Shown here one piece after another: positions 39,313-48,646 of a DNA stretch of 64,000 nucleotides. Positions within the stretch are counted from its first letter, which is position 1, and each line of letters starts with the position of its first letter. Where the stretch lies: assembly GCA_965217115.1 (NCBI GenBank), contig OZ244239.1, positions 704,001 through 768,000 on the forward strand, read 5' to 3'. Under the pieces are notes generated by a model that was not told the DNA's origin, searched no databases, and saw only the letters and a list, made by a program, of their open reading frames with translations. The stretch comes from Bdellovibrionales bacterium. Its GTDB lineage: Bacteria; Bdellovibrionota; Bdellovibrionia; Bdellovibrionales; CAYMLA01. The position numbers and the translations under genes are program-made.

Positions 39313-40416
39313 CTACAACACTTCGCCCAAAGAAACAAGGTTACCTGTGCTAATGTCACTTGGTAAACTTATTCCTAAAGCCTCTGTTGCTCCCTTTACA
39401 TCTTTTGCTACCATTCTCAGATAAACCATTGTTGTTTTTATATTTGAGTGACCCACAATAGACATTACTTTCGCCAAGGGAACATCTTTAATTAACATTT
39501 GTGTAATAAAAGTTGCTCTTAAATCATGAAACTTTACAGAGGTTATATTGCACTCCATACAAAACGCCCTTAATGTTTTAGCTTGGTTACCAGTTGCCCA
39601 ATCCTGATTTTTTGGCAACACATAGTTGCCATTACAAGATTTTAACTTAAGCCCTTTTAGTAAAACACTTAAAGGTTTAGAAATTGGAACACTTCTAGTT
39701 AAAGAGCTTTTAGTCGGTCCAGTGCCATTTGTTTTGCAGTAACTTTTATTTACAGAAATATAAAAGTTTTCAAAATCTATGTCAGACCACAATAGTGCCC
39801 TCATCTCTCCAGACCTCATGCCTGTCATTAAAGCTAGTGCCCAAGTTTCATAATAAGAATGTTTTACTCGATAAGCTTGTTGCAAAAGAATTTTTATTTC
39901 CTCTGAACTCAAACATAATTTTTTCTTTTCTGAAACTTTAACTTTAATTCCCACTGTAGGGTTATGAGTTAGAACACCCTCCTCAACAGCCATAGTAAAA
40001 ATTCTTCTAAGTTGCTTTAAAGTTTTTTGTCTCAAAGCATCTGATACCTGAGTTTCTGTTTGAAAAACAATCGCATGAATATCACTTTTTTTAATTTCAT
40101 GAAGAAATTTATCTTTTAAGTGAGGAGTTGCCCATTTATTTAAAATACTTTTATAGCATAATGTTGTAGATTTTTTAAATTCCAAAGATATAACTTCTAG
40201 GCATTTATTAAACCAAGGTTCCCATTTTTGGACAGATGTTTTTTTTACAAAATGGAGAAGCTCCATTTTTAATTCAAACTCTAACCTCTTAGCCTTAACC
40301 AAAGTGGGAACACCAAGTCTAACCTTACTAATTTGTTTACCAAGGCCATTGCGAACTTTTGCCTGCACTCGGTAATATTGTTTACCATCTTTTTTTTCAT
40401 ATTTACGAATTGACAT
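39313..40416 (-). CDS. int: Tyrosine recombinase / site-specific integrase
   Basis: TGMRSGE, TKS, FHDLRATF, VGHS...TTMVY catalytic residues. Confidence 0.96.
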   Translation of the reverse strand: MSIRKYEKKDGKQYYRVQAKVRNGLGKQISKVRLGVPTLVKAKRLEFELKMELLHFVKKTSVQKWEPWFNKCLEVISLEFKKSTTLCYKSILNKWATPHLKDKFLHEIKKSDIHAIVFQTETQVSDALRQKTLKQLRRIFTMAVEEGVLTHNPTVGIKVKVSEKKKLCLSSEEIKILLQQAYRVKHSYYETWALALMTGMRSGEMRALLWSDIDFENFYISVNKSYCKTNGTGPTKSSLTRSVPISKPLSVLLKGLKLKSCNGNYVLPKNQDWATGNQAKTLRAFCMECNITSVKFHDLRATFITQMLIKDVPLAKVMSIVGHSNIKTTMVYLRMVAKDVKGATEALGISLPSDISTGNLVSLGEVL

Positions 40417-40418
40417 AA

Positions 40419-40715
40419 TTAAACCTCCATTTTTTTGAAGGATGACAATAGTGATGAAAATTTAAAGCGTAGTTTTTTATCAAGCTTTTCTGCTGTAATT
40501 TGCCCTCTATGCACTTTTATTCTAAGTGCATTAGGAGTAATTCCTAAAAAACTAGACGCTTCTTTTGTGGTAAATCTCAGTTCGTTTTTATACTTACTAT
40601 TTAAATTGTCAAAGAGCGGTTCAAGTCTTTCTTGAAGAACTTCTAAATGAAGCCGTTTATTATTTTTCAACATAACACAACCTTTTTTTAAAAAGTAGCC
40701 TTCGCAAAATAGCAA
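40419..40715 (-). CDS. Excisionase-like HTH (HTH_17/MerR-like) protein
   Basis: FTTKEASSFLGITPNALRIKVHRGQI; directly upstream of int. Confidence 0.8.
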   Translation of the reverse strand: MLFCEGYFLKKGCVMLKNNKRLHLEVLQERLEPLFDNLNSKYKNELRFTTKEASSFLGITPNALRIKVHRGQITAEKLDKKLRFKFSSLLSSFKKMEV

Positions 40716-40805
40716 GCATAATTTAAAAAATTGCTTGCTATTTTTACTACTTAAATTTTTTATAGGACTTATCGTTGGCCATCACGAAAATTTTAAACAT
40801 TTTTT

Positions 40806-41102
40806 TCAAACTTTGTGCTTTGAAATGTATTTATGAATATCTATTTGTTGGCCTTGTTTCTTTGCTATTTTCGCTTTCTTTAGAAGGTCTGTTAATTGGC
40901 TAACACTATCAACACTTTCTTTTTGAATCTTTGAAATAGATTTTTGAAAATAACTTTTATAAAAATCACTAATAATCCACGAAAGTAGTTTTGTTTTAGT
41001 TACTTTGCCTTGGGTAAAATTTTTATTTACTTCTTCTAACATTGCAGTGAGGTCTTGATTGGCACTTTCTGTAACAGCCATTTTTGCTAATTTCTTATTC
41101 AT
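40806..41102 (-). CDS. Small basic hypothetical protein, possibly DNA-binding
   Basis: RBS GGAGG; GKVTKTKLLSWII. Confidence 0.7.
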   Translation of the reverse strand: MNKKLAKMAVTESANQDLTAMLEEVNKNFTQGKVTKTKLLSWIISDFYKSYFQKSISKIQKESVDSVSQLTDLLKKAKIAKKQGQQIDIHKYISKHKV

Positions 41103-41146
41103 AATATTTCCTCCAATTTTTAAGTTTAAAAAGGAGAAGGCCTCCT

Positions 41147-41606
41147 TTAGGCCGACTCCTGTTCTTGGATATAATTTTGTATATCTTGAGTATGGTAATA
41201 ATTTTCATTATCAAAACTTATTAGTTCTTCCTCTTCGACTAAATTATCAATGTGTTCATTAAGGGCTATATTCCAACTTATAGGGTCTTGTTCTTTTAAG
41301 ACTTGCACTGTGTTTAAGTTAAGCCAAGCTACTTTGGTTTGCTCTGGATAAATATCTTCTAGTAACTCTGTAAAATTTTCTTCAGCATTTACTGGAGTTA
41401 AAGCATCGTTAAGTAGTTCTATAATAACCCAGTTTGTACCGTACTCTACTCCTACACCTTCTAGCTCTCTCATAAAATCATCTGAAAAACATTTTGGGCA
41501 GTGACTTTGCTTAACTGTTTTATAGCATGAGTAGCAAAAAGCATTGGTTTTTTGATATGCAATTTGCTCAAGTTTATTTGTTAATTCTTTTTTTCTTTCT
41601 TCCATA
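41147..41606 (-). CDS. Acidic Zn-finger protein (CxxC-x8-CxxC); start probably MEERKK
   Basis: RBS GAGGGAGG before ATGGAAGAA; FCYSCY...HCPKC; Asp/Glu-rich C-terminal half. Confidence 0.75.
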
Positions 41607-41800
41607 ATTTCCTCCCTCTGGTTTATGGTTTTTATTGTTATGAGCTTTTGCAAAAGCTTGAGGGAGTGCTTTTCAAGCCAAAAATTGGAGGGACACCTTT
41701 AGGAAGGTGCCAATTCTTTTGCTTGAAAAGTTAGGGAGCGAAGGCTTAGCTCATAAAATAATAATAAAAACTGTGAAGCAGAGGGGGGAAATTATGGAAG
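41599..41800. promoter_or_regulatory. ~200-nt imperfect hairpin, Frpo/ssi-like single-strand promoter candidate
   Basis: Outer arms CTTCCATAATTTCCTCCCTCTG / CAGAGGGGGGAAATTATGGAAG; inner arms CTTTTCAAGC / GCTTGAAAAG; TTGAAA and TAAAAT on the right arm. Confidence 0.65.
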
Positions 41801-41810
41801 AGTGAAATAA

Positions 41811-42560
41811 TTATTTAACGAGTCTTGAATGTAGCTCAAATCCGATGCCAAAAATGACTGATATAAACGCCAAAAGAGGAAGTGTTGTTATGCTGTCTAT
41901 ATTGCCCTGAACAATTATAAAAATACAAAAAAACATGGAAAAATAACTATATTGTCTAAAAGAATAATTGGGTGTGTTTTTATTTACTTTTGCTCTCCAA
42001 ATATAATCAAAACTTGCCCCCGATATACTTAAAATAAAAATACCTAACCAAAAGAAAAAACCAGTTCTAGGAAAAAATCTGTGCATTTTTAATTTTCTCA
42101 CTTTCTCTATTTTGTTTTTTACAAGTAATTTTATTTTTTCTGAACTAACAACTTTATTTGTCTGATAGGTCAATATTTTTTTTGGAAGATATTTTAGTTT
42201 AGCGGTTTTTTTAATTGCAGTACTTTCTGCTAAGCTAAGGTCGGCGGAAACCCAATGTGTTAATTTTTTTTTATTTGATTTTAAATAGCCCACTCTTTCT
42301 TTAAAGAAAGAATTTATAAGTTTATTTTCACTAGCTCTTCCCATAAGAAGAACAGAAAAATTTTCTTTTCCTTGCAGTACCTTTTTCTGAATTATTTTAC
42401 CTACAGGTGATGCAGAACCAGTAACTTGGCTATATGCAAGAGAGTTATCAAGCCCTTTTTCAAATCTAGATTTTTTAACAAAAGAAAACCACACTAATGG
42501 CACAATTATCAAAACCAAGCCTACTATATCAATTAAATTATTACTTTTTTTATTTTTCAT
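41811..42560 (-). CDS. Membrane hypothetical protein (start probably MKNKK)
   Basis: RBS GGGAGAGG before the ATG at 42560; one N-terminal and three C-terminal TM segments. Confidence 0.7.
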   Translation of the reverse strand: MKNKKSNNLIDIVGLVLIIVPLVWFSFVKKSRFEKGLDNSLAYSQVTGSASPVGKIIQKKVLQGKENFSVLLMGRASENKLINSFFKERVGYLKSNKKKLTHWVSADLSLAESTAIKKTAKLKYLPKKILTYQTNKVVSSEKIKLLVKNKIEKVRKLKMHRFFPRTGFFFWLGIFILSISGASFDYIWRAKVNKNTPNYSFRQYSYFSMFFCIFIIVQGNIDSITTLPLLAFISVIFGIGFELHSRLVK

Positions 42561-42585
42561 TTTCCTCTCCCACTTCCCACATCTT

Positions 42586-42683
42586 ACCACCCTCACACAG
42601 TTCTAGTCTAGTTCCTGACCCCTCAATCTTAACTCGTTGGGAGTGAGGGGTCAGGAACTAGACTAGGGCTGGGTGAGGGTGGT
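42586..42683. promoter_or_regulatory. Long inverted repeat next to the relaxase gene; candidate oriT or promoter
   Basis: 23-bp perfect arms 42603-42625 / 42644-42666 plus outer arms ACCACCCTCAC / GTGAGGGTGGT. Confidence 0.5.
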
Positions 42684-42794
42684 GAATTTAAAAATCCTTT
42701 TTAAATTCATGCTCGTAGAGCATTCCCCTTGGTGGAAGTAAGTTGAGTTCAAGTGGCAGGGCTACTTCCATATAAAATAGCTTGTTTTTTTACA

Positions 42795-43601
42795 TTACAC
42801 AGCACTTTCTTCGGCTCCTTTTTTCTCTAAATTATGTAAACTAAATTTCACATCTTTGTCTATAAAGTCTGCTAAAAGTTTTTTATCTAGTACCTCATCT
42901 ACCAAAGCAAAATAAATATCATTTTGCTTTTTGTGAGTCTTTAAAAGAAAAACTTTCTCCTTAGCTTCTGCCAGATAAGACAAAAGCTTCTGCCTTAAAG
43001 GTTCGTCTTTAACTATATAAAAAACTGTATTCCAATATTTAGTAAGACTATGCTTTGTAAAAATTTTCTCATATCTGTTTTTAGATTTCAAACTAAGCTC
43101 CACCTCTAAAGCTACACTTTGCTCTTCTCCAGAGATATTTAAACAGAAAAAACCATCAGGTATTTTGTCTCCCTTTTTGTACTCACTTTTAATTTTAGTA
43201 TTCCTAAGTAATTGTGCAGAAAGTTTTTTTTCTGGAATAAAATTTGATACCAAATTACTAGTAAGTAAAATGTTTTTTATTTTATGAACTAAACAATCGT
43301 GATTATAAGACTTAATAAATCTATCAGCCTTAGCCTTTGTTGGTAATTCATAAGAGCTATTAATTTCCAAAGCTTGGTAGCCTTTTTTAATTAAACTATA
43401 GCCTGCGGTATGTCCATTTAGTCCCATTATTTTTTCAATTAACTGAGCCTGCTCTAACTGCTTAAGTCTTTTATAATGATAAGCACTGCCTTTTTTATTA
43501 GTAAAAAATTGTCCATAAAGCTCTGAAACTTGGGCAAAGTTTTGACTATCAATATAGGCTAAAATTTTTAAATCTCTGTTCTGTAATTTTATATTTTTCA
43601 T
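42795..43601 (-). CDS. Replication-relaxation (Replic_Relax-type) relaxase
   Basis: N-terminal wHTH (LQNRDLKIL), HDCLV, KIPDG, ALEVELSLKSKNRY; downstream of the coupling protein. Confidence 0.8.
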   Translation of the reverse strand: MKNIKLQNRDLKILAYIDSQNFAQVSELYGQFFTNKKGSAYHYKRLKQLEQAQLIEKIMGLNGHTAGYSLIKKGYQALEINSSYELPTKAKADRFIKSYNHDCLVHKIKNILLTSNLVSNFIPEKKLSAQLLRNTKIKSEYKKGDKIPDGFFCLNISGEEQSVALEVELSLKSKNRYEKIFTKHSLTKYWNTVFYIVKDEPLRQKLLSYLAEAKEKVFLLKTHKKQNDIYFALVDEVLDKKLLADFIDKDVKFSLHNLEKKGAEESAV

Positions 43602-43879
43602 AAGCTATCAGCCCTCCACGGAGTTACCTTAAATTCTAAGTCTAGGTAATCAGAATAGGGCTTAAATAAAATGCCTTTTTCAATTTTTAAATCTTTTTTC
43701 TTTTTTTTCTTCCCACTTGTTTTTAATAATTTTCTTTTTTTCCTAAATTTTTGCTTCTTTATAGGCTTAGCAGAAACCTCAATCATTTCTTTTTCTAACT
43801 TTTTAATAAATTTTTCTTCTTCTGAATTTGTATTCACTAAAACACAAACTATTAATAAAAATATAACAGGAATACCCAT
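43598..43879 (-). CDS. Small Lys-rich membrane-anchored hypothetical protein
   Basis: RBS GAGGAG; stop overlaps the relaxase start. Confidence 0.6.
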   Translation of the reverse strand: MGIPVIFLLIVCVLVNTNSEEEKFIKKLEKEMIEVSAKPIKKQKFRKKRKLLKTSGKKKKKKDLKIEKGILFKPYSDYLDLEFKVTPWRADSL

Positions 43880-43910
43880 TTGTATTTCTCCTCTGTATTG
43901 TTTTAAATAT

Positions 43911-45512
43911 TTATTTTTTTAATGGAGTAGCTGTTTTTTTAAGAACACTAGATTCACTGACTTGTTGTTTTAAAATCACTTCTTTGTTTAAAACTTTATC
44001 TATATCTGGCATAAAGATAGGCTCTAAATTCTTAGTCATGGGGAGGCTTAGTTTGTATTGAGTTACCCCGTAGCGTTCTGGAATACTTACAATTCCAACA
44101 CCAACAGGTAACTGTTTAAATGTATTGGGGTGAAAATTAAACTCCTCAGCCTCTCTTAAACTTCCTTGTCCTGTTTTCTTACTTCCTAGAAAATCTGTAT
44201 CTACTCTTTCTGTATTTTTAAAAGCTTTTTTAGTTCCAAAGCTTTTTGCAAAATACTCACAAGTAGCAGGGTCATTAATTCGCATAATTACCTTTATATT
44301 AGTATTGCTTAAAACAACATCTCTAAAGGCTGGACTAACTTTTTCTAAGTCTCCTAAAGATTGATGGGAAAACACCATGGCAATATTTGCAGAGCGAGAT
44401 TTGTTAAGCAAAGAGCCAAAGCCTTCATAGATATAATCTTGAAAATCATCTAAATAAACACTAAATAATTTGTTTTGTTTATTATTAGATAAATGCCTTC
44501 TTGATACCGCACTTTGCAAGCTTTGCAAAACAAGCCTTCCAGTGGCTTGAGCTAAAAAAGGGTAAAGCATAGTTGGTAATTGAAAATAAATTATTTGCCC
44601 CTTATTTAAGGCTTCGTTTATGCAAATAGAATCTTTAACATCTTCAAATAAAGTAAAAACCTCTCCTTGTACAAAATGAGAAAGCTGTGACTCAAGTCCA
44701 CTGGTGCGTTCTTCTCGTTCTTTATGGGATAAACTTATAAAAGCAGTTAAAGCTTCTTTTACTCTTTGGTTTTTACAAAGCTCTAAATAGTTTTCTAATT
44801 CATCCATATTGGTTAAAAATCTATGCACTAAAGAAAAGCTAGGAGTGGTTTGTTCTTTAATTAAGCAAATAAGGTTTAAAAAAACTTTATACTGGATATT
44901 TTTATAATACTCACTTTCAAATTTAAAGCTTGAAAAAACTTTTTCTGCAATTTCCACGCTACTTTTAGAGTTTAAAGGATTAAAGCCGTGAGATTTATCT
45001 ATGTTAGATAAAGAAAAGAGCTTAAAATCTCTTTCTCGATTAAACTTTTTAGCATAACTGTAAAGTTTATCTAAAAAACTAGCGTCTGACTTTCCGTCTA
45101 TAATTAAAACTCCGTTGCCTTTTTGCAAATCTTGTATTATCCACGGAAATATTACGCTTTCAGTTTTTCCTGAACCTGTTGTTCCAAGCACTTGAGCGTG
45201 AGTAGTTCTAGTTTTATCAGACAGGTAAATAGGTTTTTTGTTTTCATGCCCCACAAAAACAGAAGACTCTTCCTCTTCTTGCTTTGCTTTTAATTTTTTA
45301 TAAATTAAAAAAGTAATTATAAAAATAATACTTAATAAAACTAAAAACCAATACTGGTATAAAAAAATCAAAATATTGTAGTAATAGTATTTTGCTAGTT
45401 TATAGGCGTAAATTGCGTAAGGTTTAATTATGTAAATAATAACTCCTATAATAGATATGCCAATTAATCCAGTGTAGAGGTAATCATTACTTGGGGAGGT
45501 GTTTTGTTTCAT
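43911..45512 (-). CDS. Type IV coupling protein (TraD/VirD4-like)
   Basis: TM N-terminus, HAQVLGTTGSGKT, IIDGK, YLDDFQ, LNKSRSA, HQSLGDL. Confidence 0.92.
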   Translation of the reverse strand: MKQNTSPSNDYLYTGLIGISIIGVIIYIIKPYAIYAYKLAKYYYYNILIFLYQYWFLVLLSIIFIITFLIYKKLKAKQEEEESSVFVGHENKKPIYLSDKTRTTHAQVLGTTGSGKTESVIFPWIIQDLQKGNGVLIIDGKSDASFLDKLYSYAKKFNRERDFKLFSLSNIDKSHGFNPLNSKSSVEIAEKVFSSFKFESEYYKNIQYKVFLNLICLIKEQTTPSFSLVHRFLTNMDELENYLELCKNQRVKEALTAFISLSHKEREERTSGLESQLSHFVQGEVFTLFEDVKDSICINEALNKGQIIYFQLPTMLYPFLAQATGRLVLQSLQSAVSRRHLSNNKQNKLFSVYLDDFQDYIYEGFGSLLNKSRSANIAMVFSHQSLGDLEKVSPAFRDVVLSNTNIKVIMRINDPATCEYFAKSFGTKKAFKNTERVDTDFLGSKKTGQGSLREAEEFNFHPNTFKQLPVGVGIVSIPERYGVTQYKLSLPMTKNLEPIFMPDIDKVLNKEVILKQQVSESSVLKKTATPLKK

Positions 45513-45572
45513 AGAAACCCCCTGTTTGTTAAATGAACAATGGGCTAATTTTAGGCAGAAAAATAGAGAGTG

Positions 45573-46781
45573 TTATTTAGATTCTTTTTTTTGATAATTC
45601 TTAGTATTTTTTAAAAAAATGTCTAGAGTGATAGCTGTTTTTAACAAATTAGACTGTAGCGTTAATTCTGTTGTCTTTTTGTTTTCCTTTATCGCGCCCA
45701 ACTTGATTAAGCGCGGTAACACCTCTTTTTGATGTATATTTTTTCCATCGCATAATTCTCTTGCATGTTTCTTAGTTATAGGTGAGTTTTTTGCCAAAAC
45801 CTGTAAAAGTTTCTCTCTTAAAGTTGGCCTCCCTTCAAAATCATAAAAATCAGAGAACTCTTTATTTCTAAGATCCAACGCAGTATCTATTATTGCGTTT
45901 TTTAAAATATTCTCATTAATAGTATTGTTTGTGTTTTTTGCAATAATATTATGTCCTAGTAATTGAATTGAATGAGGGTAGCCACCAGTATATTTTACAT
46001 ATTTGAAAACTTCTTTGCTATTATAATTTACGCCCACTTTATCAAACCCTTTTTTTAAAATTTCTGAGGCTTCTTCATTACTCATTGAAGTTAGCGGCAT
46101 GGATTCAAAATGCCTTTTAGCTGAATGGTCACCTTCAAAAAATTCCTGAACAGACTCCGTGTAACCTAAGAGCATAAATGAAATACGAGCACAGCCATTA
46201 ACATCAAGGGTTGTAGAGATAGATCTAAGTACTTGTGCCGCTCCCTTTAGATCCAGTAAATTGTGAATTTCATCAATTATAATAAGAATTCCATCAGAGT
46301 TAGTATTCTTAGTAATAATATTAGTTAAAATAGACACTATCCGATCTTTCAGGCCTTGTAGCTCTTGATCTTTGTTTGTGTAGTTATATCCAAAAGCCCC
46401 AAAAGTAAATTTTCCATTTTGAAATATTTTCCCTAGACTACCGCTAAGTAATTTAACAACATTTTTATCTAGTTGATCAGACAAAACATTTAGAGATGAT
46501 TCCAGCACAGAGCTTGTATTTTGATTTTTACCAACAGAATAGTATGAAGTAGTAAATGATAATTTTTTAAATGTGGGTGCTTCACCTGAGGCAATATATC
46601 TAATCAGCTTTGCAAGGGCGGTTTTTCCAATTCCTCTGTCTCCGTGTAAGACAAAGCTCACAGGCATTCCGCTTTTCACCTGGTCTAATTTGTTTAATAT
46701 GTTAGAAATTTGTTCTGTTCTTCCTGCAAATAGCGTAGGGCTTACAATAGAATTGGGGTTAAACGGGTTTTCTGTAATCAT
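45573..46781 (-). CDS. AAA+/STAND-like ATPase with probable C-terminal wHTH
   Basis: NPF...FAGR, GDRGIGKT, IIIDEIH, TGGYPHSIQLLG. Confidence 0.85.
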   Translation of the reverse strand: MITENPFNPNSIVSPTLFAGRTEQISNILNKLDQVKSGMPVSFVLHGDRGIGKTALAKLIRYIASGEAPTFKKLSFTTSYYSVGKNQNTSSVLESSLNVLSDQLDKNVVKLLSGSLGKIFQNGKFTFGAFGYNYTNKDQELQGLKDRIVSILTNIITKNTNSDGILIIIDEIHNLLDLKGAAQVLRSISTTLDVNGCARISFMLLGYTESVQEFFEGDHSAKRHFESMPLTSMSNEEASEILKKGFDKVGVNYNSKEVFKYVKYTGGYPHSIQLLGHNIIAKNTNNTINENILKNAIIDTALDLRNKEFSDFYDFEGRPTLREKLLQVLAKNSPITKKHARELCDGKNIHQKEVLPRLIKLGAIKENKKTTELTLQSNLLKTAITLDIFLKNTKNYQKKESK

Positions 46782-46865
46782 AATAATCCTATGCCTTCTG
46801 TATAATTCTTATGAGAGTAGTCTAATATACAACAATGTAACTGTCATATATTTATAGATAAATTG

Positions 46866-46975
46866 CATATCTAGAGCATATTTAAGGGCAAAATTACATA
46901 TTTGGAGCATATTTAAGGGCAAAATTGCATATCTAGAGCATATTTAAGGGCAAAATTACATATTTGGAGCATAAT
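46866..46975. repeat. 31-bp tandem repeat (~3.5 units) upstream of the ATPase
   Basis: CATATTTAAGGGCAAAATT(A/G)CATAT(T/C)T(G/A)GAG units starting at 46877, 46908 and 46939. Confidence 0.92.
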
Positions 46976-46988
46976 TATAAGATATACT

Positions 46989-47873
46989 TTAAAAATTAAA
47001 CCGTACAAAAAACCTAGCCCCTTGCTCAACCTGAATAAAGGCCTGAGACCTTTCATGCTTCCTAGACTTTTCTCTAACATAATCTAGTGCCGACAGCGAA
47101 ACCCCATTAAGCACAGCGTTCTTTAAATTGCCAATTTCTAGCACTGCCCCAGTCTTAGTAAGGCTTCGCTGTTTTAATCCTTGTGACAAGCCCCCTATGA
47201 AGTTTCCAGCCATTCTAGAGCCATATTTCTTTAACTCCCCTGAGCTGTAATTACCTCTAACGCCAAAGCTATCATCTGGCATAAAGGCTTGAGCTTTAAT
47301 TAATTTTTGTTTACCAAAAGGATTAACAAAACTATGAAAAGCAATTTCTAACCTTTCAAGCCTTGGATTTAATTTAGCCGTTCCTAAAAGCCGACTGCCT
47401 TCTTCTAGTTGAGGCCTGCTAGTGGCAAGAGTGTTATCTGAAATATTAGATAATACTCTTACCTCAACAGGAATTGATAAACCCACACTAGATTTTATTT
47501 TTCCAATTAGTTCTACTAAAACCTTAGCCCCTGTAAAATTATTTTTATTAGTCGTAACTAAGAGTTGTGAAATATTTTTTTTTATCTTTTTAGCTGATTT
47601 TATAGTTGGAGTCTCTAAGTCATCATACTCCTCTGTGTCTTCATAATCTGAGCTAGTTTTGACCACCTGAGAATTAAGTTTTTCAGAAAAGAAAGGGCTT
47701 TTTTTATTAGCCCCTTTCTTTGGCTCTAAAACACTTCCAAGTATTACAAACACTATCAAGACCGAGCAAAACGCTATTAAAACATTTTTACTTTTTAAAC
47801 TTCGTTTTTTACTAAAACTATTTTTAGAGCTTAAAAAAATTGAATTTAAACTTTTCTCACCTTTAAAAAACAT
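46989..47873 (-). CDS. VirB10/TrbI-like T4SS core protein
   Basis: TM anchor, GSRLLG...ERLEIAF, A..PD...GVRG; position in the operon. Confidence 0.7.
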   Translation of the reverse strand: MFFKGEKSLNSIFLSSKNSFSKKRSLKSKNVLIAFCSVLIVFVILGSVLEPKKGANKKSPFFSEKLNSQVVKTSSDYEDTEEYDDLETPTIKSAKKIKKNISQLLVTTNKNNFTGAKVLVELIGKIKSSVGLSIPVEVRVLSNISDNTLATSRPQLEEGSRLLGTAKLNPRLERLEIAFHSFVNPFGKQKLIKAQAFMPDDSFGVRGNYSSGELKKYGSRMAGNFIGGLSQGLKQRSLTKTGAVLEIGNLKNAVLNGVSLSALDYVREKSRKHERSQAFIQVEQGARFFVRFNF

Positions 47874-47884
47874 TTTTGTCCTCC

Positions 47885-48559
47885 TTATAAAAAGGGAATT
47901 TTTAAATAAAGAGGCTTCCTAATAGTTTTGGCTGAAAGCTTTAAAACTAAACTTTGATTTTTAAGCAAGTGCTTGGAGTTTAAAATTAAATAACCTGAAA
48001 TGTTTTTATTTTTAAAAGACAACAAAGGCTTATCTACAAAAATCTTTTGAATAGGAATTTTATTTCTGCTTTGAAATACATAAAATTTTAAATGCTCCGC
48101 TTTAAAGCCTTTTTTAGACTTTGGAAATAGCACCTTATGAACCACTAAAGTTAAAGGCCTTCTGTAAACTTTTAACTTATCATGAGAAAATATTTTTTCT
48201 TCAACAGGTTGCTTTCTTTTAACTAAAACAAAGGTATCAGGGTTTTTACTCCCTGATACCAGATTGAAGTTAAAATTACCCTCACTTGTAAAAATAAATA
48301 AATTAGTCTTAGATTTTCTAGTTAAAGCTTTAATGGCTACAACTTTTTGAAAAGTTTCAACAAGAAAAGCTTTTTTATTTCCAATAATTGCAGGCCTTGG
48401 TACTTTATCAAACTTCAAGGCTGTGGAGTGGCCTTGAGTTAAATAAATATTTGCTATGCTTTGCTCTGACAAATAAAGTGTTCGTGCTTTTTTAGCTTCT
48501 GCTATTTTTAAAAACAGCAATCCACTAAATAGCAAAAAAGCTATTATTTTTTTAAACAT
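47885..48559 (-). CDS. VirB9/TrbG-like T4SS protein
   Basis: Signal peptide, IYLTQGHSTALKF, KTNLFIFT. Confidence 0.65.
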   Translation of the reverse strand: MFKKIIAFLLFSGLLFLKIAEAKKARTLYLSEQSIANIYLTQGHSTALKFDKVPRPAIIGNKKAFLVETFQKVVAIKALTRKSKTNLFIFTSEGNFNFNLVSGSKNPDTFVLVKRKQPVEEKIFSHDKLKVYRRPLTLVVHKVLFPKSKKGFKAEHLKFYVFQSRNKIPIQKIFVDKPLLSFKNKNISGYLILNSKHLLKNQSLVLKLSAKTIRKPLYLKIPFL

Positions 48560-48646
48560 TTTATATCCTTTTTTATATTTTAAAAATGGGCTTTAAAAGT
48601 TATGTGCTTAGAGTAACTACAAAAGATTTGCTAAGGCTGATTTTTT

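Noticed and set aside
46866..46975. Mini-CRISPR interpretation of the 31-bp repeats
   Set aside because: Head-to-tail repeats without spacers
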